Assembly (NCBI RefSeq): GCF_040938485.1
Contig: NW_027270973.1
Coordinates: 186,001 to 250,000, forward strand
Origin: Diadema antillarum
Lineage: Eukaryota
Length of the DNA: 64,000 nucleotides
Direction of reading: 5' to 3'
Below are positions 37,878-48,973 of this stretch, in pieces (within the stretch, counting starts at the first letter, position 1; every line of letters begins with the position of its first letter). Position numbers and translations under genes: made by a program. The notes beneath the pieces were generated by a model. That model worked only from the letters and a program-made list of their open reading frames with translations, did no database searches and was not told the DNA's origin.

Positions 37878-40166
37878 ACACTGTGATGCTGCCACACTTT
37901 TTATAAGAGTGACTGAGATGTGATGTGTAATATCACATGTTGAGATATTTATTTGACTCTTTGCTGTAAACAAACCCTTCAGCATGCTTCCGACTTCAGA
38001 ACTATGTTTCTGTTATCTGAGACACTCGCGATGTTTCTGACTTGAATTCAGCAACATTGTTGTTTATCATGATCTCTATTAATAAACATTGCCTTTTGAC
38101 ATGTAGATCTTATTCATTTCAAGCTGTTTCATTCCATTGGCATTTGTAGAGTGATCGCATGATTTTGTTTCTTGTTCATGGATGTGTGTACATGTATGAT
38201 AAGTTACACTGTGTTTCCGTGTGTGCGTGAGGCATATGTGTGTGTGTTAGCGTTTATGTGTTAAAGCTCGTAGGTGTGTTTGTGCTTGAGTGAAATTAAA
38301 AGTGAGGTGAAAATGGAGTATCGATGAAACAGTACAGAATAATGACAGAAATTAATCAGGTTAAAAGCAAAAGCAAAAAACAAACAAACAAACTTCCGTG
38401 CGACTTTGAGTAACACGTACGTACATACAATAATCCACAAGCAGCACATACATATCTCATAATATCATGATCATGATGACAGATATTCTTTTTAATTCTT
38501 GCCTTTAACAAATCTACAGCACACAAGGAGTGAAGAAGAAATTTGTTTAACACAAGTTTATAGCACGAGGGTCTGAGGGCATACTCTTAAAAAAAACCCA
38601 CACACTTTGAATTGATGAGTTAACTTTTTCACATAAAAAGTGTAAATTCAAACTCAAGAATATTCCTATAAAACCAGACAAGCATTGATAAGTTATGACC
38701 TTTCAAAGTTTCTCTCTTTTTTTTTCTTGTCGAAAGAGAGATGTAGATCAAAAAGACATGTTTAATGCAAATTAGTTTGAGTAATGTTCTCGTGACGGTA
38801 CGAATCTTTGAATTAGTTGGTGGGTGAAAATTCTATGGATCTTATTTTCTTGTTAATATATGACTTTATAACACATCAGATCAATAGTTGGAAGAAGTTC
38901 AGCTAAAAGATATGAGACAATTCTTTTATTGCAGTGGTAAATCAATCAATTTAACTTAAGGAGAGTCAGTGAAGGTTTATGGTCCTCACGCCATCACCTC
39001 ATAAAGAGTGATCTAAATTGTCAGATATTAGTATGCTCTGATTGCTATCACCATTTTCTGAGCATGTATTGTTATCTTCGAAAGTCTTTATTCTACTTGG
39101 AGGTGGGTTGGAAGGGATTCTAATTCTGATGACACCTTCATTGCAATATTATTTGTTTGATTTTGACAGTCTTTACCAGCGTCAACTTTGACATAGTGGA
39201 ATTTCACTATACTCTTGACAAATATTTGATATAATGTATTAGTGAGAGATTCTGTATCAGTACTAGCCTTGTTTAAATCCTCCATGTACTCAGAATCGCT
39301 ACTATATAGTACAATAATAACATTCGCTCTTAATGCTTGAAATTAACTGTGCCAAATCCGAGCAGAGGAGCTACGTGATTAGAGAGACCAGAAGATAGAG
39401 AGGGCCAAGAATAGTTGGAGACCACAGAGTTAGAGTCAGGAGATCCCCTTTCCTTGTACATCATGCTCCCTTCCATATTAACCAACTAAACTCTATCAAC
39501 GCTGTGAATGTGACGAGGATCTTGGTTGAAATGCCCAAGAGTTAACGAGTTAACTGGTGAACAACGACATGACAAGTTGAGAAACTGTACACCACGACAA
39601 GACAGAACTTTGGTTTACACCAGGCTGGGGTGTAACGAACTCCAAATAGTCAATTGGTGTCATCAGAGATGTTGAAGCGTCCTGTAAGGTTGCCACAACG
39701 TGGACGGCGATGGTGACGAACTGTTTAAGGAAACAGTGAGAGCAGACCGGTCAACGGACGCTCCAGCCCTTGGACTAGCTCGATCGACATGCAGACGAGA
39801 ACCTCTTCCCGCGACCATGCCGATGTCGAGATAAGTGGCCACACCCACTAACATAATTTTCCCTATAAACCAAATCCCTCCCTTTCCCATAGATTAAGAT
39901 GGTAGAATATGAAACGGTCTCCAAAGGTGTAGAAGAGTTAAGTGATCAGTGATGTGTTCAATTGTGTAATAAGAAAAGGAATTTGTTTGTGTTTAAGTAT
40001 TTGGCTCAGACCTACGAGAAGGCAGGTCGGTGAATAAATATGCTGTCAGCAGCATTAATATTATCCATGTAAATTCTATCCTTCCCCCGCATTTTATATT
40101 CACTGTTGTTGTGAAGCAATATTCAGTCTCTTTCTGACGTTTGGAAATTTGTTGATCATTGGTGTC

Positions 40167-40447
40167 CAGAAGTGGATCTAGAGGGGGGGGGGGGGGGGGG
40201 AGGGTTGCAACCCCCCCCCCCCAAAAAAAAAAAAAAAAAAAAAAAATCCGGGGACCATTTTTTTTTTTAACTTGTAATTTTATTTTTTTCTATTTATGTA
40301 TCTATTTTATTTATTATTAATATTATTATTATTATTAATGGTGTTTTAGATGCAAGAAAATGCCTTTTTCACACACAGATTTTCAAAAAATTTTCCCTCG
40401 CATACCACCCCCAACCCCCCATTTATAAAAAGCTAGATCTGCCCCTG
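40167..40447. mobile_element. G/C-run MITE of the CAGGGGCGGATCTAG type
   Basis: CAGAAGTGGATCTAG...CTAGATCTGCCCCTG termini; GTGTC repeated in the flanks. Confidence 0.6.
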
Positions 40448-43400
40448 GTGTCTATGTGATTAGCTAACCGCCGACTAGTACAGAGAGAAGCTAACAGACC
40501 AGACTAACATTTATCCGCCTCTGTACAACATTGGTCGCCCCCTTGAGACAATTAGGGGTGTGGGGGTTGCATATATAACATGTCTCAAAATAAACGCTGA
40601 ATTCTGGCGTGAATTTACCCAGGACCACCAGCAAACCGTAACCCTAAACCACCCCTCTCCCTACTCCAGAAGGTTGCGATATCCTAATTAACACTATGCA
40701 GCATAAAGTGGAATGCAATAATCATATGCTTACAGATATATCAGTAAGAAAGTTTAGTTTTCTACATGATATGTATCAGAACATCAAATGATGAATACAT
40801 CAGCACACAATCTAGACTCTTTAAATTCTCGTGGTTTGATAAGTCTCAGGAATAAAAAAAAAAAAAATCAGATGATTATGTACCAAAAGGATAAAAGACG
40901 AGTAACCAATTGTATCATTTTACTCAGATACTTGTTGAAGTGATCTCTTTAAAAAAAAAAAAAAACTTTTGTTGATATATTTCTGTTTTGAGAAAATGTT
41001 AATCAATGTCAGATGAATAGCTCACTATACATGAAGCGAAATTTCATTATGCGCTGGCTATTCATTGAAGCGTGTGTGGCACGCAATGCGCTGTGATTTT
41101 TCAGATAAGCACATAATGTTTGAGATATGGGGAAAACACACTTCTAAATTCCATATGACTCTGCGCCACAAAACAAACAAAACGTAGCCAGATGTGGATT
41201 TTTAGATAAGGGAAAATTCGATTCTGAAAGAGTCTAATGTTTAAAATGATGTATGATAATTCAATTCAAATGAATTCTCCTAACCTATATAAATATTGGA
41301 AAGAAGGCCCACACTGTGGAAAAGTTTGAACTGAGAAAAGAGGCTCTGAAGTACAGGGTCTATATTCAAGCGCTTAATCTTTCCTACGCCGTGCTACTTG
41401 TGCCATGACTGGGACAAAAAAAAAAAATGTAAACCTCTGTATAGCAACAACAACGAAGGGGTTATGAGGTTAAGCTGAATCTATACATGCTCTATTAACA
41501 CATTCTGTCCATGATAAAACTCAACTTCAAAGCAGTAGCATTATTCTTTCAAAAGTTATAGAGTTGAAAGTGAAGAGTGAGCAAAGGATTGTCAAGAAAT
41601 GAAAAGGAGCCTCTAAGAAAAAAAATAATCACACTACTTTACCAAAAGAGCAAAAGGGGTTGTAGAAAAACTGCTGAAAGCCCACTTTCCCATTCAATTC
41701 ATAATGTCAACCTCAAGAATAATGTAGAAGAATAGCTCTTTCAGAATGTATGGAAACTCAGAATTGACTAGGTTGACCCGTTTCACCTTTTTTAAATCCT
41801 CACGTAAAATCAAGGAACGCCACTTTTTGTTTGCTCTGTGGTGCACGGAAACATATTATAAAAGCGTTTAGAGTGTAAAGTCTTGAAGAATATGCAAACA
41901 TTCTTCTGAAAGCTGCTTGAATCGCCGCCATTTTGTCAGTGCTGCATAGTGCACGTCTCTGTTCAAAAGCTTACTCTTCATATTTTCTTTGGGCCTTAGT
42001 CTTAAAAGTAAGTTTACATTCAATATGTGAATGTGTTTGCCTTCGCTGAACAGACAGACATGTTGTGATCCAATTCCTAAATGTACTTCGGAACTATAGA
42101 CATAGATCAGCAATATTGAACCCGGGAGTACGGCATACTTGGTAAGCATACGAAACGATAAACACACGTGCATGTTACTTGTGCCTGACATGCCTGACAC
42201 GTAGTTTAAAAAAATTTGATGCATGTTTATCAAATAAGCTTAGAATTGATTCTCCTTTGTTTGTTCGTTCATAATTTCTGTTATGATTTTGCTGCTTTTG
42301 TTCAAAATGTACTTGGCATAAACCAACGTCTGTGGACTTCATCACAAATTTGTGTTAAGAGATCGACGTTTAAGGAATTTGGAAACATGAGTAGAACGTG
42401 ATACAAGTGAAACCTCAGTAGGACTTCCTTTTTTACTGTATTAACAGTTGCCTGCTTAATCACTTCTTCTTCAAGACTGAAATAAAAGAGAGTAAATTGC
42501 CATTCATGGTTATTTTTTAACTAGATCTTTTATAGAGTCAGCAGGTACGGGACAAATTTACTCGGTGAGCGTTTCTTTTGAGTGTGCAGCTAATTGGTTC
42601 AGGAAAATAATATCGATTATGTCAGACATGTTCCCTTCCCTAAAATGCATTTCGATGAATTTGAGTCGCTTCAGTTAATAACATGACAACAACATTTTTT
42701 GAATATCAGCAGAGCTGGAAATATTTTGTTGATTATACATGTCAAAGATGAAACTGTTTTACTCATTAAATAGTCAATTATTGATCTTGAATAATTTGAA
42801 ACAGAAAATTTGGCATTCGCTTCAGTTATAGTAGGAGCAAGAAGGTAGGACTATTTTGAAAGAAAGACTGAATGATAAGATGTTTTGTCACTATTCTTTC
42901 TCTTTTAGTTCATTGTTTGAATTATTTTTTATTTGCTTGATTTTTGTGTGTATGTTATTGGGGATGGGGGGGGGGGGCAGTCATCCAGAATTGAGGTAAG
43001 TGTGACATATGTATTCAAATCAACAATGAAGGTTGCTATCCTGGGCGTAAATAATGAAAGCATCCCATCGAAGTTTACACAAATTGTGTTCTCCTCCATT
43101 CAAATGAACAACAATTCATCAAATTTATTAAGCTCGAATTTAAAAGATTTATAGTAAACTTGGTACATAATATTCACACAGATTGTGCGTTAGTAGTTTT
43201 TCCGATATCAATACAAACATAGTAACACCATGCTTCGTATGAACTTCTCTCTTTTTAAATTCTCGTTTAAAAGCTAATATCATATTTCTGCTTGTTCTCG
43301 TTGTTGCGTTTACCGCTGTGTTTTTGTTTTGTTTTGTTTTATTTTGTTTGTTTGTTTAGCTATCGGACAGACAGACACCATGGCAGCGTTTCATCAAATC

Positions 43401-45180
43401 AGTAGCCACAATCTGGAGTGTCCCATTTGTCTAACACTTTTCAACCAACCTAAATCACTGGCATGTTCTCATACCTTCTGCAAAGACTGCTTGGAACGCA
43501 TCTCTCAAACTCAGCCAACTCAACAAGCTGTAACATGCCCTGTATGCAGGAAAGAAACGCCCCTACCCAGTGGAGATGTGAGTAAGTTACAAACAAACGT
43601 TCCACTTAATTCTCTCGTGGATGAAGTGAAAACCAAAAATTCAACATGCACGGTTTGTGTGATGGACGACAAGCCGCCAGTCGTGTCCCACTGTCAGGAC
43701 CGTGGGAAATATATGTGTAAATCATGTGACTCAATACATTCCAGTTGGACACCATTCTCCAGTCACACAGTGGCAGCCATGAGTGAGGTGGTTTCAGGAA
43801 AAGTTCTGGTTGATAGGAGACAAACATGTAAGAAACATCCTAACAATGATGAGTGTTTTTGCACTGAATGTCGGGAGTACGTCTGCTGTGAGTGCGGAAT
43901 ATTACACTTACAAGCAGGGCATCAGATCGAAGAGTCAGCTATACATGAAGAGAAATTGATTAAAAATGTAAAGGAGTTACAAGAAAGGACAAAATCAAAG
44001 AAAACAACCATTGAAAACCACATCGATTTCATAGCCACAAAACGCAATGAAATAACAAACATGATGAGAAAGCTCGATGATGACATCGACAAGACCTACG
44101 AGGAATACGTGCAACGATTGTCAGACATAAGAGAGGCGCTGATATGTCAAGCGAAACGATTGTCTGAAAAATTCGAGAAGGAATTACAAGTCATGGCTGA
44201 CGAGAGTTACCAAACAATCCATCACATGAACGCTATTGGCCATGGGGTGAGCTGGTTTTTTCGCTTGTTTCGTTCCGACAACTGCGGCACTAAAATTTCT
44301 CCACAGCTACATGTAAACAAATAACCAAAAAGGCTACAGGAAAAAGTTCGACACAAACCCTCCTGCAGTATTTTGGTAATTTAGGGGGAAACACTGAACT
44401 TTTTTGTCACTGAGGAGCTGAATATGTACACTTTGCCGTGTACGATATTCATTCGCGAACGATCATGTGATGTATGTTATCCAATCCGAATCGAGAATTA
44501 TTGTTTACGAGTCAAAATGGCCGCCCCCTAAGAGTTCTGTGGCCTGTCGACGCGTCTACGTCGTCTGCTCTGCCGAAACTTTTAAAATGCGTTATTATGC
44601 ATGTAACATCGATGAAGTTTGAAAATTTCACTGCTATGACAAACCTAAGATAGACGAAACCTATTTTGTGTGCCAAAGAGTGGATCAAATTGAGTGGGGG
44701 AGACCGTAAAATCGCAGACCAGAACGAAGTGATTCAGCTGCTCAGCTCAGGGGGACTGACTGCAACCTACGTAGGATAATTTACAGGTTAGTTTACGTGC
44801 GTACAGTCGTAGCAGTCGACACTGCAGTGCAGTCTCTCTCAATATATGCGTAATGTTAATGACCATGATGACTACAAGTACAACGTTATTGATGAACGTT
44901 GCTTGTGTATGTTATAATAGGCGCTACTGCAGTAGCTTAGCCGTTAGCGTGTCTGTTACATTTTAAATAAATTATCTTGAATATCACCTTGGCATGGCAT
45001 AGCGCCGTTATAATGTAGCCTAGATGTAATTTTACATGTTGTTCTATGTACAGCCCAGGTTAGGTTGATGTAGCTGATCGGTGATATTGTTTTGTAAAAT
45101 AAAAATCTTGACACACAGGACTGGATTGAAAAAGGTCTAAACTGCATGTAGATTTATATTTTCATAATCATGGCCATGGA

Positions 45181-45300
45181 TAGCTACACGCAGCCGCTGT
45201 AGCGACAGCGGCTGCACCTCTATTCCTTCGCAGACGTTGTCATTTTTCAGTGTGGTTGTGCGACTCCTTCATGAATAGCGACAGCGGCTGCGTGTAGTTA
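45181..45300. mobile_element. 120-bp MITE with a 9-bp TSD
   Basis: TIR TAGCTACACGCAGCCGCTGT / ACAGCGGCTGCGTGTAGTTA; GGCCATGGA duplicated at 45172 and 45301. Confidence 0.8.
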
Positions 45301-47962
45301 GGCCATGGAGTATTAATATTAAAAATCCATCCTGTTTCTCTCACCCCGAAATTGGCGAATCTCCCCTCAAAACACACATTTAGCATCTCATTAAATTAAC
45401 TTATTAATATTTGATATAAATAGGTCTAAAAAACCAACAATGACAATAACAATTTCAATAATTAAACTCCCTAAAACATATGATTACCATTATGTTGTGC
45501 CAAACTATAAAGCAGTGGGTGGTGGTGATAGTGAAAGGCCAAGGATTACTAGTATTAATGATGATAAGGCAGTTGTATTCATAATTATGATAATTGATAT
45601 TGCATGTGATCAGGTGCTGAAAGCTGTAGATGTAATTTAAAATCAGTAATTGCACTGCAAGTACAAGTTAAAGTAGTTGATGATGACTATGATCATGAGG
45701 TGTTAATGATTACCTGGCATAGTACTAGGGCCTATTGGTAATTACAAGATTCAAATATTGGCAGTCAATAGTCTACCGTACATTTAATGATATATTGAGT
45801 GTAATGTTCAACCCCTCCCTCTAGCGTTTAGCCTTTTTCCCCCCTAACAAAATCCAACGGCTAATCATTGCTGTTCATTTCTCCATTTTATTAAATAGGA
45901 TTCCATGAAACGTGCTACAAGAGGTTTATAGATAACAAACGCCTGAATCTCGCTAGGAAACGAAAGCTGAAGGAGGAGCCTTGTCCGTCAGCAGGAGCAT
46001 CTGTTTCCTCCCCTAAGACGCTCACAGCAAGATCAAGATTTTCTTCTGGAAGCTGTTCAGGTTCTGTTGTGTTGCCTGTAAAATGCATCATTTGCAACAG
46101 AGTCAACCTGCTCATTACTTGCCAAGGGAAATAGGTTAATACGATTGATATTGAAGCATGAAAACATTGTCATTTTACTATAAGTTGTCCTTGATAAAAT
46201 GGAGCAATATAGGCCTATATACACCACTGAAACATTCACACACATACACAAAGAACTTCAGTGCAAAGTTCAGAAACAACAGAATGTACTGTATATGCAC
46301 CAATGCTTTGGTCAATGAGATTGATATTCAAGAATTGACATCTTACCAAAGTTGTGCATGATAAAATGTCTTTGTAATAAAGATTGCTTCCTGTATTTTG
46401 AATGCCAATGTTTATGCAACATGTTTTGACTCCTTGCCTCAGTATGTGATTGTTCGCCCTTTAGCAAACATTTCTGCCCACTATTATGATTTGATTAGGG
46501 TTGAATTATTCTAAGAACAAAGATGTTTTCCTAAGTGTGTTTTTTTTCATAAAACTGAATGACTACGATCAAAATTTGTTTCTCCCACTCTGGGGGGGGG
46601 GGGGGGGGGGGAAATGTAACTATTATTAATACTGAAACAAAATGTTCATGTAGAAAGGTCAGTACAATGTAGGTATGAGTACAAAATCAGTTTGCTAAAA
46701 CTAATACCAGTCAAATGAAAATTGTGCATAAGTTGAGTCAGGTTTGCACAGATCCTCTGATATTGGAAGTTAATTGCAATGTTATCATAATTATTAATGC
46801 CAAACCTGTTTTATTCTCTCCAAGATTTTCAGGTACACATTGCCTCCAATACAGAATCCAACAGTTTTCACTCATGAATGGGTAAACTATAATTTTGCCT
46901 TTATTTCATATATTGACATTTTTCAAAACTTTTACACCCTTTCAAGGATATTTGGACCATGGAATGTTAAAGTTATTAAAACTAGAAAATTTGACTGATT
47001 ATCATTTTGAGCTATTTTACATGAAAGGAGGTAGTGTCCCACCAAGTTATAACCTAATGATAGCAACGCAAACTTCAGGAAATTTTATGAAGATTAAATT
47101 TTCTAAAGTACTGTATAATATTTCATGAACAACGTGATTGCTATGTGATCTAAGTATATTAAAGCTTCTTAAGAAGAAGAAGAAGAAGAAGAAAAGAAAA
47201 ACATGTTTACTGATTAACAATATGATCTGTTTAATATTGTAGTAATGTCTCATGTGTGTAAATGAGTTTGTATGTGTGCGTGTGAGTGTATATAATATGT
47301 CAGCGTTTTTATGCACCTGTGTATGTGTAATGCACTGATCAATACATGTATTATATCATTATGTGTGTTCATGTTTATGATAATCTTTTTTATGATGCTG
47401 ATGTGATAAATGGCAAAGGCATGTAGAATAATATTTAATACACTTGGGTATATTGAATCTTCATAACTATGTGTGTGCGTATGTGTGTGTGCATGTGAGG
47501 GTGTGTGTGTGTGTGTGTGTGTACAATAAGATTCTCCCACATGCACGCGGACACACACACAAACAAACGCACTGAATTTTTTTTCTTTCTTTTTTTTGCC
47601 TTGAATGATTAGTCATTTGATTAATAACATGTCTTTGAACAGAATTTAAGGCATTTGCCTTGACCTCTGACGGTCAGTCAGTGCTCTGTCTCATATGGTC
47701 TCGAACCACTTTGCTCTTGTCCTCGATCCCTTGCATAAGCCAGCATCAGGAAAAGCTGAAACATGAGATATAATGCAACTATTAAACCAAAACTTCACTT
47801 TTTCTAGGTATATGGCTAAAAGCAGTGCTTTACAAATGTGCATATATATGTATTTCAGCTTAGAAACACTGGGAACTATACTGCGGCTAGCAGCCCCATA
47901 CGCATTACTGCGGCCAGCAGCCCCATACGCATAGCGTCATGGGGCTGTGAACTGTAGCATAC

Positions 47963-48456
47963 AGGATCATGACGGATGTTTTATCTCGGACAAATATCAA
48001 CTTAAAATCGGGAAAAAATCTTCAATTTGAAGACTTATTAATAAATTTAAAGTATTGATAACGGAGTTCGTGCAAGGTTTGCTTTTGCAAATAGTTTCTT
48101 TCTGTTCAAATTGATGACTAAATGTGACTCGGTCGAGAGGAAACTGGGAAAGCTACACTGAATTGACGGCCAGCGCATGCACGCACAGACATCTATATCC
48201 AGTCAATGGATACGAAATTTGTGCGCAGTGATGTGTGCGCCTGCGCTGACCGTCAATTCAGCGTAGCTCTCCCAGATTCCTCTCGACCTAGTCATATTAA
48301 GTCATCAATTCGAACAGAAAATGACTATTTGTAGAACCAAACCTTGCACGAACCCTGTTGTCAATACTTCAACCTTACTTGTAAGTCTTCAAATTGAAGA
48401 ATTTTTGTTCGATTTAAGGTTGACATTTGTCCGCGATACTATTCTGTCATGATCCT
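47963..48456. mobile_element. Foldback element
   Basis: AGGATCATGAC...GTCATGATCCT termini; long imperfect inverted arms (TCTTCAATTTGAAGACTTA, TGAATTGACGG). Confidence 0.75.
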
Positions 48457-48683
48457 AAATGCTACAATCCGCAGCCCCATTACGATATGTGTATTGGGCT
48501 GCTGGTCGCAGTTTATAAAATATGGATTTTCGCAAAAACTACAGGATATTTCGAGGAGAACTTTTTACAGTATATTTAGGATGTACAAAACATCACATTT
48601 CCTCATTCAGAAAGTAGTGCCAGTGTTGCTGGAACGAAACCCATTTTCTAAGCCTCTTTTTCAGCTTCACCCCATGGCCTACT

Positions 48684-48973
48684 CTCTCTTAAAAGAATCG
48701 AGTGAAAATTTTCACTCTAAAAAGAGTGAATACAAAAAAGAGTGAATTTCGAGTGAAATTGGAGTGAATTTTGAGTGAAAATGCTCATTTTCACTCATTT
48801 TGGAGTGACGTGAGGGATCACTCGAAGATTTTGGAGTGATCCCTGACGTCACTCCAAAATGAGTGAAAATGAGCATTTTCACTCAAAATTCACTCCAATT
48901 CCACTCGAAATTCACTCTTTTTTGTATTCACTCTTTTAAGAGTGAATATTTTCACTCGATTTTTTTTAGAGAG
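48684..48973. mobile_element. Near-perfect palindromic MITE built of GAGTGAA/TTCACTC repeats
   Basis: CTCTCTTAAAAGAATCGAGTG...CACTCGATTTTTTTTAGAGAG; directly abuts the resumed TRIM frame. Confidence 0.8.

Larger units (their letters stand above)
44238..48679. mobile_element. 4.4 kb TIR element inserted in the TRIM coding region
   Basis: GGCCATGGGGTGAGCTG (44238) and CAGCTTCACCCCATGGCC (48662-48679) are inverted; subterminal GTTTCGTTCC similarity; TSD not resolvable. Confidence 0.65.

Noticed and set aside
39330-40120. Possible solo LTR (TGTGACG and TGTAACG starts)
   Set aside because: No matching CA end, TSD, PBS or second copy could be identified
45915-46115. Minus-strand exon-like ORF (EPEQLPEENLDLAVSVLGEE..) with an acceptor
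   Set aside because: No recognisable domain or partner exons; it lies inside a TE insertion, so it cannot be supported
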